DNA of 64,000 bases from Vicugna vicugna. Taxonomy: Eukaryota. Below are positions 12,521-26,390 of this stretch, piece by piece. The DNA lies in contig MU057987.1 of NCBI GenBank assembly GCA_013265495.1, positions 124,001-188,000 of the forward strand, read 5' to 3'. Numbering within the stretch: position 1 is the stretch's first letter; each line of letters starts with the position of its first letter. The translations under genes and the position numbers were made by a program. The notes beneath the pieces were generated by a model that saw only the letters and a list, made by a program, of their open reading frames with translations, was not told the origin of the DNA and searched no databases.

Positions 12521-13040
12521 TACTTCTTAACGTAAAGCATAAAACTATGCTATCACAGGGAGATTATTTTAAATTCTACTTTACACTGTTTTTGGTTCTA
12601 TGATTGTTAACTCCAAGCAGAGGTCTCATTTGTCAATAGAAATCATAAAAACATATTTTGGTGTTAGTTGACTTATGTGAGAAGGTTTATCCTCCCACGG
12701 AGAGAAGAACAAGTGGAAAGAAAGGCAAAAGTTCTCAAAATACAAAGCAAGCTAATTAAAATGTCACGGTCACTTAGCAGAAAATAGTAATGGTCATTAT
12801 CAAAAATCATAACTTACTCTAGCAAGGGCTGTTTTCATTGAAAATGTTAATGACATGAAATTTTCTGCTCATCAGCTCCATTTAGAAAAACTAACTCATG
12901 AAACACACTAAACAAGTGATGTTTTTAGTAAAGTATAACTTTTTTACTTTAAAAAATGACTATATAAAGTTACTTATGTGTAAGTAATTTATTAGCATTT
13001 TACTCCAAAAAGTTCTGATAAGAAACTCAGAACTTACTTT

Positions 13041-13128
13041 AATAATAATAATAAAATTATTATTTAATTTAATAATTAATTAAATAATAATAATAATAAT
13101 AAGTATTATTATTATTATTTTATAATTA
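13041..13128. repeat. (AAT)n/(TAT)n AT-rich palindromic microsatellite
   Basis: Directly visible. Confidence 0.95.
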
Positions 13129-13229
13129 AGTGCTCAGAGAACACGCCTACATATCATCACTGAGAAATTAAGCATGGGGGAAGGGGAGCCTGATCTGCCA
13201 CAAAACAGATCATGCTTCAAATCATAGGC

Positions 13230-13400
13230 TCAGCAATCAAGTTGGGTAAAACGTATCCAACACTTGGTTTCCATTCCTATAAAATGAGGATACTAATAGT
13301 GCCCACTGCATAGGAGTTTTGTGAGGATTAAGTGGAATAATACATAAAGCATATAGTTGAGTGTCTGGCACTGGTACAAATTTAGTAAGTCCTAATTGTT
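13230..13400 (+). mobile_element. MIR
   Basis: GGTTTCCATTCCTATAAAATGAGGATACTAATAGTG...GTGAGGATTAAGTGG...GTGTCTGGCAC. Confidence 0.85.
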
Positions 13401-13779
13401 GTTGCAGGTTTTTTCTAAACGAGCTTTGTGAGTATAACTTTATAAACTTATAGCACTGAATTTTTGCATTCAGATGCAGAAATTCAGTGTATTCCCATTG
13501 CATGTCTTCTTATTAATGCAGCCCATCCCTCCACGTTATTAATATCACCTTGGATCTCAAATTCATGGTTCAACTTCCCTTCTATCCTTCCTAGTGTCGT
13601 ATGACTCCCAGTTTTGATTGTCCGGTCATCTACATCTTTACCCAACTCCTTTGTAAAAACGGCAGGCAAAACAGGTAACAGTCACATCCCTAAATTTCAA
13701 CCTTAAGAATTTAATTAGCAGTAGACCAAAAATTAGCTCTCCTTGGTTAAATCTTTCCATCTGTTATCAATCTTTGAAT

Positions 13780-13990
13780 ATTCTTTCACAGAGTTAACAT
13801 TGCATTTATTACATTATGCTTTGAGGAACAATGGTTTTTATACATCTCTTTATCTGCTAGATTGTAGGCTCCTTGTTGTTAAGGGCTATGACTTACTCAT
13901 TTTTAAAAAATTTATTCATTTAATCCACTGTAGGTACCAAAGTGCCTTATATATGCACTTGTTATGTAGCTGTTTTCTGAGTTAGGATGG
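13780..13990 (+). mobile_element. L2 3' fragment
   Basis: CTAGATTGTAGGCTCCTTG...AAAGTGCC. Confidence 0.55.
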
Positions 13991-14499
13991 AAAAATGATT
14001 GAAGATAAAGATGGACATACCCTTGACTAAAAAATATTATGTCTCCATTGAGGAAAAGGTCACCTCCTTTAATGCAACGTGCAGCTCCTGGAAGGAGACC
14101 AACCCACCTTTGAGATCAATAAAGTGACAGTGATCACAGAAAGGTCATCCTCACATCTATTTCATTTTCCAAGCTTCGCATGCGTCTTTTTTTTACAACG
14201 CTTCTTGCTTTCGTCCACCTTAGATGCCGCTGTCGTGAACCTTAATTAAACCATGTTTGCAAAGCACATTGAGTTCTTCAGGATAAAGAAGCTCTGGAAT
14301 TGTGTTGTGTGAACAGTGATGTGACATCTCTGCTCCCTCCTTTGCTGTGTCTATAAATCCCAGGCTCCAAACCAGAAGCAGAAAAGCAATATATAATCTG
14401 GCATGATATAAAAGTACAACACATTTCCACCAAGTGTTCCTCGACTTTAGGGATGTGTTTTATTTAAAAACACATATGCTGAATGGTTTTTCTTACTAA

Positions 14500-14690
14500 A
14501 GGGCAATGAGCAGAGGTTGGAAACAGATTCCAGCCCTGCCAAGAGTTAACTTTGTTTCATTGAATGATGAGGAACAAATTGAATAACCTTGGATAATCAC
14601 TTTACATTTTAAACCTTGGTTTCTTCATCTGTGAACCATGGAATCAGAATAGGTGATTGCTCACTTACCTTTGAGATCTGCCGAAATGTC
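14500..14690 (+). mobile_element. MIR/MIR3 fragment
   Basis: ACCTTGGATAATCACTTTAC...CCTTGGTTTCTTCATCTGTG. Confidence 0.65.
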
Positions 14691-15169
14691 AGGCAAATAG
14701 GATAGTGCAATTTCTTATGCACAGATTTATATGCACCACTGTATATGACATGACAATTAAAATTTGAGGCCTCAAAGTTAGGATGACAAATGAGTTCATG
14801 ATTTAAAGATAAGTGACTTGAAGAAGGATTGTCAAATGTAAATGATTGTCTTAAATATTAACTGCCTGGAATGTCTTCCCATTTATTCTTCACAGAGGTA
14901 CATCCTGGCCATCGCCTCAAGCCCAGCACGAAGGAGAGTCCCTCTTCTGGTCCATCCTATGTTGTTTATTCTCCATCTAAATTGTAAGATCATTGTAAGA
15001 TCACTTCGTGTCTTCTACTTTTTATCTGGGAAAAAACCTACATATCTAGGCATTAGGGATTTTGAGCACTCAGTGATTAAGTAGCTTCTATTAAGTGTCT
15101 GATCACTATATCTACTATTAAAGATAGACATAAGCAACCTTAATTGCCCATGTAATATATCCTAATGTG

Positions 15170-15345
15170 AATCAACGTGGGCCCCAACCTTGACTCTGCC
15201 ATTTACTCAAGGTTTCTGCCTCTCAGTTTCCAAATTTATAAAATAGTGAATTGCCATCTACCTTTTAGAGATACTAGGAAGATTAAATGAAGTCACGTGA
15301 GCAAAGCTGGCACATAATACATATGTGATAAATGGTAATTACTGG
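15170..15345 (+). mobile_element. MIR
   Basis: GACTCTGCCATTTAC...CTCAGTTTCC...GAAGATTAAATGA...CTGGCACATAAT. Confidence 0.75.
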
Positions 15346-16258
15346 TATCATATATTTGCTTTTGTACATTTACACAACTAATCACTGGTCTTTGACCTCT
15401 GTGTGTGACCAGATCTCCTGGGGAGCTCCTTAAATATTGAGCTTCTTAGAACCCAGCCCTAGAGAGTCTGACTCTGGTGATCCTTGAAACTTGCTTTGAG
15501 ATATGCTGTCTCACGGCTGAATTGTTCATAACTCACCCCTATTCTTAAAATACTTCAGATATACATTCCTCAGAGTTCCACAGTTGTCAAGCGTTCAACT
15601 CTTTACTAAGTATTAAAATATTAAAATATTTTGATGCCTGCTATCCTGAAAGTTAGGCGGCTTATTGAAACAACCTGGAAGCTATTAGCTTGAAAACAGG
15701 GATGAAAAATTACCTTGTGCAATTTTTCTGACCAAAGAAAATAATTGCTTTCTCACGGCCTGAAAATTACACAAACTCTCCCCCCTCATATTACAACTGC
15801 TATTTCCAATTTCCAAGTATGGTTAAGGCCTCAGGTTACCCACATATTCTCTGAACTTCAACATTTTAGACAATTAGTTTTAGGGCAAGGTTTACACTGG
15901 ATTTCATTTTGCTCTTCTGCCAATTGGCAGTATCACTATACAATTGATATTAAAACTGGTGTCAGTAAATTGCTTCAACCAATATTTTTGATGCATTGTT
16001 CCTTAGCTCAACTTGCAAGTACTTTAGAATTTTGAGAGCAAACCATAAAAGATTAAGGGCACAAGGGCAAAAACATGTTAGAATTATAAATATGAGCAGT
16101 TTTTATACGCACAGATTTTCAAACTATAAAACTATTTAAACTTTTAGTATCTAAACTTTTAGTCTCTTCTTCAAAAATTCTAAGCCATTGTGAAGAATGC
16201 TAATTGTGAACAAAAAAAATTTACTTTTATTCTTCCTAGAATCTAGGTCATCCCCTCA

Positions 16259-16740
16259 TGTATTAGGGTGAATGTTTGATTGCTATAAGAAAGAGATCAA
16301 AATAAGAGTGGTTTAAAGAAGATGAAGCTACTTTCTCTTCACATAAAAGTCTAGGTCAGCCATCCAGGGCCAGTAGAAGGCACTACAATCAACAGAGACC
16401 CACATTCCTTCCATCCTGTTGCTCAGGCATCCTCAGCCCAGATCTCGCATTTCACTGTTCAGGATGGATGTTTCAGCTTCTGTCAATACATCCCACTGTG
16501 GCCCATGGGAAGGGGTCACTGGAGGGGTTAGGCATGCTTCTTGCTTTGCCATGCACAACCCAGAAATGGCGCCTAAAAATTCATTCACATCCCAACGGGC
16601 AAACTTAGTCACATGTCCACGTTTAGCTTCAAAGGAGGATAAAAAATGTAATCTTTAGCTGGGTTTTCCTATGCCCAACTATAAATTCTTTTACTAAGAC
16701 GTGAATGGATGTTGGAAGACTTCTGGCTTCCTCTTCAACA
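16259..16740 (-). mobile_element. Old MaLR solo LTR (MLT1J/K/L class)
   Basis: TG...CA ends; GTGGTTTAAAGAAGA, TTAGTCACATGTCCAC, AAAATGTAATCTTTAGCTGGG. Confidence 0.75.
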
Positions 16741-17249
16741 TCTGACATTCAATAAATTCAAGAGGATTGGAGCAACACACAATGAATGCTTTTGAATCAG
16801 TGTACAAACCTGGAGACCTTTGGATACTCGACTGTCTGAGGGATGAGGTTGTATGAAAGGTAGAACTTGTGCTAAGAAGTGGGAAGCTAAAGGACCAGAG
16901 ACAAAACGTGCTTACGTTCTATCAACAACATCAGCCTGAGGACTTACTGGTTTCGAAATGTTCAGATATTATTCTGAGCATCTAACTTGCTAACCAGTTA
17001 AGGGAATTAAGCATTTTTATTAGATACCACAAGACACAAGGTAGAGAAATTTGGGCCTCAACTAAGAAAACAAGTAAAACCTGATATCAAGTATTGAATC
17101 TTATAACTAAACCAGCACAATCTCCTAGAGACACTAATACTTGGATATATACACTTATGCCGTAATATAACCTGTGATAATTCCACAGAAGTTAAAAACT
17201 AACATTTATTCCCTTTTACAGCTGTTCAGCTTTTAATTGTGTAACTATA

Positions 17250-18100
17250 CCACTGTTATTCAACTACTGGGTCCCTACTGATGATAATTTCTCTTGTTTG
17301 CAGTCTTTGCTGTTAACAATGGTGCTACCACAAATGGCCTTGTGTGCAGAGTATCTTTTTTTTTTTTTACAATACTGGCAGCATATCTTTGGGATGGAAT
17401 CTTGGAAATGGCGTTGTATATCCTCAGGTATTTTAAAAGGTTTGTGTTTCGTTCTAAACATTAACATTATACTATACGATACCCTTGGTCTCTTTATCGG
17501 AAGGGCATGGGGGCTCTTTTTTGGTTCTCTATTATAAGCCGTAGTGAAATTAGCCAGTAACTCCTTTTTCCCTCCCCTCCCCCTCCAGCATTTATTTTTT
17601 AGGAATATCCTTTTATTCTCAATTAACACCTGTAAGATTATGAACTGATTCTACTTTTTCATATACTGTCTTCAAACTTCCCCCACATTTCGTTGATTGT
17701 CAGAGAATACAACCATTTTATACTACATCATCTTCCTTAGAACCATTGTTTAATCCTAATTCCACAGTTAAACGTATATTTAATGCTTATCATCAGTCCT
17801 CATGCAGATGTCACTCCAACAGTTTCGATTATTTGCAGTTCATTCTCTCACAACAGACTTTTTGGAGAGTGTCACGGGAATAATATTTTCCGAAGTTTTG
17901 CAAGCTCATAATCACTTGTCTTTGGCTTTTACAACATAAAGATCAGTCTGGATCATATCTTTTTTCCTGAGTTATCTTAAATATATGACTCCATTTGCTT
18001 TCTGGCATGAAAGCCAAAAGTCTGATATTCTTTTCCTTACAAGTTAGTTGCTCCTTTTGACTGGATGCTCAAAGGAGACCAAAGATGAATGCTTCATTTC
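17250..18100 (-). mobile_element. Degraded L1M fragments
   Basis: CTTGTTTGCAGTCTTTGCTGTTAACAAT, TTGCTTTCTGGCATG..AAAAGTCTGA; approximate. Confidence 0.5.
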
Positions 18101-20029
18101 ATTCTGTGTTTTTTTTCCTCCCTGTACTGTCATCATGTGGAAGTTACAGCAGCTTCTGTTCTAGCAGAGGCTCGGCAGCCAAGGAGAAAAGTGACGACAA
18201 TCTCATGTCTTACGTAAGGAGTGGGATTTCAGCAAGTGGCACCAGGGCGAGGATGTTTATGCAGGAGTAGGGGATCAGAAGCAATACACGGAAATCTCAG
18301 GAAGCCAGTAATTGCATCAATCAAATATAGAAATAAATAGCAAGATGATGCAGAGACAGGATTTCAGGAATATGATTCTGTCTCCAAAGAAGTTAGCAGG
18401 ACAAAGGAAAATGGCCAACATCAGAACAGGAAGGAGTTGATGAAGACTGTCCTAGTGTTCACTTAACCCTTAGGAGAGTCATGTAATACAGGTATTGTGT
18501 CACTTAATGGATAAAAAATACAAACCCTTGAAAAGTGAAGAAAAACGACCAAGTTTATGCAGTCAGCAGAGATTGGAAAACCAGGAGACAGGTCACCTGG
18601 TGTTTCTAGCTATATTTACCAGAAGCAAAAACTCCTAGAAAGACTTAAAAGGATTCCTATTTCTGAGGAGTCAGCCACCAGAATTACACCCTGCACCTCC
18701 GGTACCACAAGAGAAATTCAGTCCTCATGTGAAGGAACCCTTTCAAGGCAGAAACAGGTGGGTAAACCAGCCGCCCATCTAAGAATCTGGGGGCTGCCAT
18801 ATTTGTTTTGGAATTGAAAGTCTTGTGGTTTCTTTCAAATAATATCCCAACAATATCACAAATGGCCAAATTTTGACCATCAATATTTTTCAAAAAAAAT
18901 AGTAATGGAAGAGTATTCACTATTCTTTATTTTCCTCTTCTGTTTTGTATCATAATTGAAGTGAACATAATTTCCTCAATTATAATGGAAGCTAACTCTA
19001 CCTTTTCAAATCAGTTTGCTCCCTGTCTAGGATGTGAAATTACAGTGCATGTTTTGAAGGCATCATTTTGCTTCTGAGGTAGCAATTTCTCTAAATCCTT
19101 GCCTTGTGGCCTCAACGAATGCATTTGGCAGGAGAAGCAGGCTGACAGGAAAGGGAGAGCTTCGGTGAACACAAGTACCTTGGGAAATCAGCAGTGATGT
19201 GAAAAGAAATACATAAAAGCTACCCCGCACAGTGTATCTGTTTTTAACGGAACTTCATTAAAAGTATATGTGTCTTACAGTCTGCCTCAGTGTGGCAGTG
19301 GGTTTCTACAGATGAAGTTTGAGAGCACTTAGAAGTTTTCTTTCAATTCTTTTCTTTTTAATTCACTCACTACAAGCTTTGATAGAGAAAAGGAGAATAA
19401 TTTCTGGTTCATATTAACTTTGTAGCAGGGTTTGCACTGTTTGTCATTGATTTCCTAGAAACCTTAAAAATCAAAGCCAAAAGGGAGCTCCTGATTTAGG
19501 AAATGAGAATCTGAGTCATTAGAAGAGTGGGCCCAGCAGGAGCTGCCTTCAGGGGCATTGTGCCCAAAGACGTGTGCATCCTAGAAGGTTCTAGAACACT
19601 GGCTGAGGAGATGGTCTTGAATCCAAGCAACGTCTGGCACAGAGCTGGCCCTCAGTGAGTATCTAATGAATGAATGAGTATGACGTCAGTGGGAGTGAAA
19701 ACCCAGGACTCAGGAAGTAGAACCAAAAGCAAAAAATAGAGGAATTTTTAAACATGGCAACCATTCCCCACAAGAAGATAGGAATTTTATACGGTAGTGG
19801 AAAAAAAGTGTTTCACAGATGAATGAAGTCAGTATGAGCAGGGCTTTAAATGCTAGAAAGAGGAGATTTCACTATAAGCTACAGGCAATAGAGAACTAGT
19901 AAAGATTTTCAAAGTAGTGACATCAAAGTATTTCTTTAAGATTACTCAGCCGGATGAGGCTGAAGGGAGGACAATATAGGTATCGCAACAAGTCAAGAGT
20001 CTAGTTCTAGCAGGAGAAGATAGTAGGTA

Positions 20030-20150
20030 GGAGCACTGGTCTCAGAGTTAGAGAAATCTGAGCTGTATTCCAGATGTGCCATTCACTGTTTGTGAGACCG
20101 GGGGTGAGTCTTTTTATTTCTTCAAGCATCAATGTTTTCATCTGCATAGA
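20030..20150 (+). mobile_element. MIR fragment
   Basis: GAGCACTGGTCTCAGAGTTAGAGAAATCTGAG...TTTTCATCTG. Confidence 0.7.
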
Positions 20151-20171
20151 TATAACTTATTAACTCAGTTA

Positions 20172-20432
20172 AGTTTTAAAAATTGAAGGATAGTTGATTT
20201 ATGACGTTGTATTAGTTTCTGATATACAGTATAGTTATTCAGATATATTTATAGATATACACACACACATATATTCTTTTTCATATTCTTTTTCACTGCA
20301 AATTATTACAAGCTACTGAATATAGTTCCCTGTGCTCTACAGTAGGACCTTGTTGTTTATCTATTCTGTGCATAGTAGTTTCTATCTGCCAACCCCAAAC
20401 TCCCAACTTATCCCTCTCTCCCCCTTTTCCTC
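20172..20432 (-). mobile_element. 5'-truncated L1 3' end
   Basis: AATTGAAGGATAGTTGATTTA...ATAGTTCCCTGTGCTCTACAGTAGGACCTTGTTG; same family as 10319. Confidence 0.9.
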
Positions 20433-20434
20433 CT

Positions 20435-21338
20435 GACTCTTCAATATTTTTGAGTCTACCCTTTTGCCAGTCTCTGTTCTAGAAGCTGAGTAAACAGTTA
20501 CACATGAAACACTCTAAAGAGTGACATTCAAGTCAAGAACTAGAAAGGGGCGGTGAGGTGGCTACAGATAGAAGATGAACATTTCATGAACAGTAAATGA
20601 TTACTGTAAATGCCTTGAGGCAAGAATGAGTTGGGAATACTCAGGGAACTGAAAGGAGATCAGTATCTACTTGTGGGTAAGCAGGGGAGTGACATGAGGT
20701 GAGGACAGATTGCCAAGGCAAGGACCAAATGATGGATAGATTCATAAGTGAGGCTAAGAAGACTGGATATCTTTCAAAGGCAATGAGAAATGTATAGAGA
20801 GTATTTCTGTAGATTACTATTGCTGAATAGAAAATGGATTGCGGTGGGGCATGGATTGGAGCTGGGAGACAAGTTACAGAGCTACTGCAAAATCTGGGAA
20901 AGAGATGATGATGGCTTGGAATAAGAGTGATAATGAAAAATAAAGGGAGAAGCATGGGCTTGGAATATGTTCAGGAGGTAGGACCAATAGGATTTGATTA
21001 TATAAACTGAATTTGGAGAGTAATGGAAGGCAAGAAATCAAAGATAACCCCTACATTTCTGGCTGAAGCAACTAGTCACTCAGTCCAGCTATGTTTTTCG
21101 TAAGGTGGGTAAGAGATGGAGAGAAGCAAAGATAGCAAACCAAAAGTATTTTCATGATTTTAGTTTAAAGTGTATAACAGACGTCCAAGTGGAGATGGTA
21201 AATGATTCCTGCCTGAAGTTCACTCCAGGGAGAGGGTCAAGGCTGGAAATAAAGCTTTCATAGTCATCAGCACATGGATGATATTAAAGTCATGGGGTGG
21301 GTGAAGTCCCTAGGGGTGTGTAGAGAGGATAATAGGAC
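20435..21338 (-). mobile_element. L2
   Basis: Antisense L2 motifs (CTGGGAAAGAGATGATGATGGCTTGGA, GGAGGTAGGACCAATAGGATTTG, GACGTCCAAGTGGAGATG, AGTCATCAGCACATGGATG). Confidence 0.85.
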
Positions 21339-21600
21339 TGTAGTGAATACCGTGGATAGGCCCCCAGTGTCCTTGCCAGCCTCCTAAGGTGTCTGCCTGT
21401 ACTGCAGAGCCTGGAAAACCACCAGCTATATTTCTCAGGCTCCCTTCAGTCTGAGTTCCAGTTGGTTTTCATTTCCACCAATCAGGTGCAGCTAGATTTC
21501 AGAGCCACCAATCAGATGCACTTGTGCAGGTATGGCGCTCAGAACTGAGATATGTGAGGAGCGAGGCAGGACATGGGGATTCATTTTGTGTGTCTGTCAC
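21339..21600 (+). mobile_element. ERVL LTR fragment (LTR33/LTR16 class)
   Basis: TGTAGTG start; CTATATTTCTCAGGCTCCCTT and CCACCAATCAGATGCACTTG (the latter locally duplicated). Confidence 0.65.
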
Positions 21601-23424
21601 AGTTAACGTATGACTATTGTACGGTCACTGTGAATGAATCAGAATCCATGCCCTAGAGGTTGTGACTTGATTAATAGGACTCTCTATGGAATGAAAAATA
21701 AAATACATATATGGAATTTCTACCTGGTAAAAGTTCTTGAAGTGATGAGGTTTGAGCACACTAGGACATGTCAAGATTCGCCAAGCCTGCTACAATACAT
21801 GCTGTGTAACAGGATTAGGGGGGCAAAAGTGAACTCCTCTGGGCTGCCATTAAGGATAATGGTAGCTGCTTCACCGACTGCAGTCGGCTGGCAAGTGGCT
21901 TCAAACAAGATAGTGTGAAAGCAGTGACCATGTCCCCAGACTTGGAAGTCAGAAACTGGACACTAACTAGGTGATGTGGCCACTCTTCAAATACAAGAGG
22001 GTCTTGTCTGTGAACTACTTCTAACAGGGTAGACAGTGGAGTTGAACATAAATATCCTCACTCTGCTCCTCCATTCATACTGAATATGCAGCAGCAACAA
22101 GGTACACGGTCTAGCACACGTGCCTCACGATGACAGCTCAGTATGTTGCCTGAGAGCACTGGGTATACTCTTTTCCTGCTCTGCTAAACAAAGGGAATTA
22201 TTGCAACTGGGAGAAATAGGTACAGAGAAGAATTATGACCCTGTACACACTCTTATTTTTTAATTTACAAGCAGAAAAACCTTGGGCAGAGATGATGCTG
22301 TCTCGGGTACCTGGAGGACATCAGACAATTGAGATGGAACACTCTGGCCTTCTCCGGAGACGAACGATGGGCTCTTCCAAATGCTGCTCATGACCCGAGG
22401 CTTCACTTCAGTATGAATAAGGAAGATGTTTCTAGAAACAATGTGTGAGGTCTTCCTGAAGAACAAAAGATGCTAAGACAGGGAAGAGGGAAACTGAAGT
22501 GGCTCTGCCTTTAACAGGGACCCAATTGTCGCTAATAACGGCAGTGTCCAAAGCCTGAGAAAAAGTGAGAGGCTACCGTCCTGATCAGTGTCCCAGCTGC
22601 CGCCCACACAGAGACGTTTATTCCAATTTCCAGCTCTGTGAGTCCCTCCACGCGGCTGCTGCTGGCTGTGCCCTCGCAGACCACAGAGAGATGAGCAGTT
22701 TCTGAAAGGCTGAGGTGGGCATCCGTGGTATTCTGTCTCCCTCTTGTCTGACCTCACTCTGGAGTTCCTACTTTGCTTAAATCTAAATGTTCGAGGTGAT
22801 GGTGAGCTCACAAACTGCTACAGAATCAGAGAAGGGACGTTTCTGGCATTTCCAGTAGGCCGAATGGACATTACAACTAAACCAAATATTAGAATAAAGG
22901 AGCTTTGTTGTACTTTTTAACATAAAGATAGACGGAGAGGATACATTAAGAAAAAGATCAATGTTCTATAGCTCAGATGGATTTTACAAATATGACTACC
23001 TGCATTTAAAATACAGAATTCTAGAAGATGAATTTAAAGAGGCTTTCATGAACTAATTTCCAACCTAATTCCCGCTTATAACTTAAAATTTTAACAAAAT
23101 TATGTTTCAAATTGAGGCCATTAACCATATAATTAAAAATGATTACTGTTATTGGTTTACATGTCTTAATAAAGATTCTTGGACGATGTATTTAATTTAA
23201 TCTTCCTGTTGATAAGGAACACACAAACAAAAATTAATAAAAGAATAAATTATTGGCACTTACGAAATACAAAGTTTTTTTTAGTGGGCTTTATTTTCTT
23301 TTTAGTTCCAAATTCCTTCATCTTTTTATCTCATTAAGGCAACCTTAATGCAATCATGTTACCTTTTACAATGGCTTGATTTTCATTCTTTTCATGAATT
23401 TTACTGATGAACTCTGAGCCATGT

Positions 23425-23625
23425 TCTCTCCAAGTGTGACTTGGGAACACCTACAGCAGATTTACCTGGAGAGCTGGTGAAACTTGCAAATTTTCATATT
23501 AATTTTACAAATCAGAATCCCACAGAATGGGGCCCAGGCATCCGTCTATTAGAGGCTCCCTTACTACTTAATAAAAGACCAACACTCAGGGCTGAGAAAC
23601 ACTAGGCTTTCTGAAAGTAAACCAT
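23425..23625. mobile_element. MER5-type hAT MITE
   Basis: TTCTCTCCAAGTGTG...ACCTGGAGAGCTGGTGAAA...AATCAGAATC...GGGGCCCAGGCATC...GCTGAGAAACACT. Confidence 0.7.
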
Positions 23626-24026
23626 ACCTCATTTGAGTTGCAAAACTCCAAACCAGAAAATTTTCAGATCCAGGATCGTTGGGAAACAAAGATGAACGAT
23701 GGCGCAAAATTCACCACTTCACAGAATTTTTCTCAATTTTATTCAACCTAAGACATATTTCTCCAGCATGTACTAGGCACAAAATAAAAAAGTTTAGGCT
23801 CAAAGTCCTTGACCTCATGGTGAAGGAGATCAAGAGATCTGTTTCAGATGCTGGGAATTTAAAGCTAAATAAACCACTCCTTAAAATTTTTTCAGCAATG
23901 TGGAGATGTTGTTGAAAGAACATGAAATACTTTCCAGAAGGAATTCAGGTGCTACTGAGGTCCTGGAGACTGGGGCAGCCTGAGTACTTCCACAGTCACC
24001 AATTCTGTTTGTTGATGTTGTTATGA

Positions 24027-25660
24027 GTCAGTTTTATGGAGGTACAATTGGGATACAGAAAAATTAACTCCGTTTAGGTGTACAGTTCTTGAGATTTGAC
24101 ATGTATGCAGTAAAGGAACCACCACAACAGCCAAGACATAAAATATTTCGATCATCTTAAAGATTTCCCCATGAACTCCGTAGCTGATCGTCTCCTTTTA
24201 CTCCCAACTCCGGGCAACCCCAGTTTCGTTTCCTTGTACCTACAGTTTTGCCTCTTCCATGTAGATTTATAACGGAATTATGCAGTATTTTGCCTTTTTC
24301 AGTCTGGCTTCTTTCACTTTGCATGATGCTTTTGAGAGTCATCCATGACGTTTAGCATATCGATTAGTTTTTTTTTCTTTAAGTTTCTTGTCCTCCACAT
24401 TATGAAGATAGCACAATTTGTTTATGCATTCCTCAGTTGATGGCATTTGAATTGTTTCTAATTTTGGGATATTTTGACTACAGCTGCTATATAAATGTTT
24501 GCATAAAGTTTTTCATGGGACACCTGCATACATTTCTCTTGGATAAAAACCAGGGAGGAAACTTGCTGAGTCATAAAGCTAGTGTCTGTTTAACTTTTGA
24601 AGAAACTGCCAGTTTTCCAAGGTGGCTGTAGCATTTTGCATTCCCACCAGCGATGAATGAGCATTCCTGTTGCTGTACATCCTTGCCAACGTTACGTACT
24701 GTCATTTTATTTTAAATACAGGCATTCTAATTTGTAAGTAGTGGTATCTTTGGTTTTAATTTGGAATTCTCTAATGTCTGGATGTTAAAAACCTTTTCTT
24801 GTGCTTATTTGACATCTGTGTCTGTTTTGTAATAAACTGTCTCTTTAATCATATCCCATGTATTATTTGTTTTATTATTATTATTATTGAATTGTGAGTT
24901 GTTTATTTATTCTGAATATGTCCTGTATCCTCACGTGCAAATATTTTCTCCAAGTATGTCTCTTATCTTTTTCTTTTTCTCAGTGACTTTTTTTTAAGAG
25001 CAGAATATTTCAATTTCAACAGTCTAATTTATTGTTTTCTTTTATAGGTTCACACTTTTTGTGTGCTCCTTAAAAAAGAAAACCTTTGCCCAACCTACAA
25101 TCAAAAAGCGACTTTTATGACTTCTGGTAGAAGTTTTATAGATTTTGGTTTTACATGGAGATCTATGATCAATTTTGAGTTAATTTGTATGAAGCGTGTG
25201 ACATACAGGTCAGGATTCATATTTTTGCATATGGATGCCCAATCGTTCCAGTAACATTTGTTGAAAACACAGTCGTTTGCTCATTGAATTGCCTTGGCAC
25301 ATTTGTTGAAAATCAGTTGATCACATATGTATTGGTCTATTCTCTGTATTTCACTGATCTGTGTCCTTCCTCTGCTAATACCATGCTGTCTTGATTGCTC
25401 TAGCTTTACAGTAAGTATTAAAAATAGGTAGTGTGAGTCATCTAACTTTGTTGTTCGTTTGTTTGGGCTATTCAATGCTCTTTATTTTTCCAAATAAATT
25501 TTAGTATTAGCTCGTCGAGTCCTTAAAAATATCCTGTTGGTATTTTACTTGATTCCATAGATCAATTGGGATAATGTTGACATATCTATTGATATTCAGT
25601 CTTCCAATGATTGAATCTAGTATATTTTACCATTTATTTAATCTTCTTTGACTTCTTATT
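24027..25660 (-). mobile_element. Old L1M (L1MB/MC class): ORF2 C-terminal remnant plus 3'UTR
   Basis: Antisense L1 motifs (TTTTGCATTCCCACCAGCGATGAATGAG, TTTGTTGAAAATCAGTTGA). Minus-strand peptide YICDQLIFNKCAKAIQ resembles the L1 ORF2 YxQLIFDKxAK motif; frames are broken. Confidence 0.92.
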
Positions 25661-25744
25661 AATAATAACAATTAAGCAACACAATTGAGGCACTACATAT
25701 GCTCTCTGTTCTGCTCTACGAATCTATCGTTACCTTAGCAAAGT

Positions 25745-25950
25745 GATACAGTGTGGAATAGCCTGGGTTCAGATGTGGTATTGCCACTGCCGTGTATGAC
25801 CTTGTTAAGTTTCTTAACCTCTCTGAGCCCTGTTTTCCTCATTTGCATATGGTTATTTTAAACACTAAGTGAACAAGAGTATATAAAGCGCCTAGTTTAA
25901 CGCCTGGCACATAATAAGTCCTGAGAAATATCTACAGTTGTTACTGTTTC
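25745..25950 (+). mobile_element. MIR
   Basis: GCCTGGGTTCAGAT...ATGACCTTG..AAGTTTCTTAACCTCTCTGAGCC...GCCTGGCACATAATAAG. Confidence 0.85.
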
Positions 25951-25989
25951 CTTCCCCAGGCCAGGTCCACAGGTTTAATGAAACTGCTG

Positions 25990-26390
25990 TGACAAAGACG
26001 CCTAATTTCATTCCCACGCTTCCCTCTCTGCAGTGGGCTCAGCCAACAGCCAGGTGGCCCATGGGACTAAGTTCCAGCAGAGGATGCACGAGCAGACGTC
26101 CTAAAACGTCCTTCTCGTGAAAGGGAGATTTCCCCACTCCCCACTGCTTGCTTCAGTTCAGAATGAAATCTAGAAAATATGGCTGGATATCCAGAGCCCT
26201 CTTGGACCATGAGGTGAGGATGGGTGTCAACAGCTAGCACAGTAGAATAAAAAAAGAATAAACCTGGTGTCTTATAATAATGGAGCTGCCCCTAACCGTT
26301 TCTGTCTTTCTATGGGAGAGACTAAACCTTTGCTTCTTTTACGCACTCTGCTAGAGTTTTATTATTCACAGACTATCTCATTTTCAATGA
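25990..26390 (+). mobile_element. Old MaLR LTR (MLT1J/K class)
   Basis: ATATGGCTGGA..CCAGAGCCCTCTTGGACCATGAGGTGA...GGGAGAGACTAAACC. Confidence 0.6.

Noticed and set aside
22260..22811. Two minus-strand ORFs with a possible CAG|GTACCC donor
   Set aside because: Weak splice sites and no recognisable protein similarity
25281..25475. ORF containing QLIFNKCAK
   Set aside because: Decayed L1 ORF2 fragment, not a host gene
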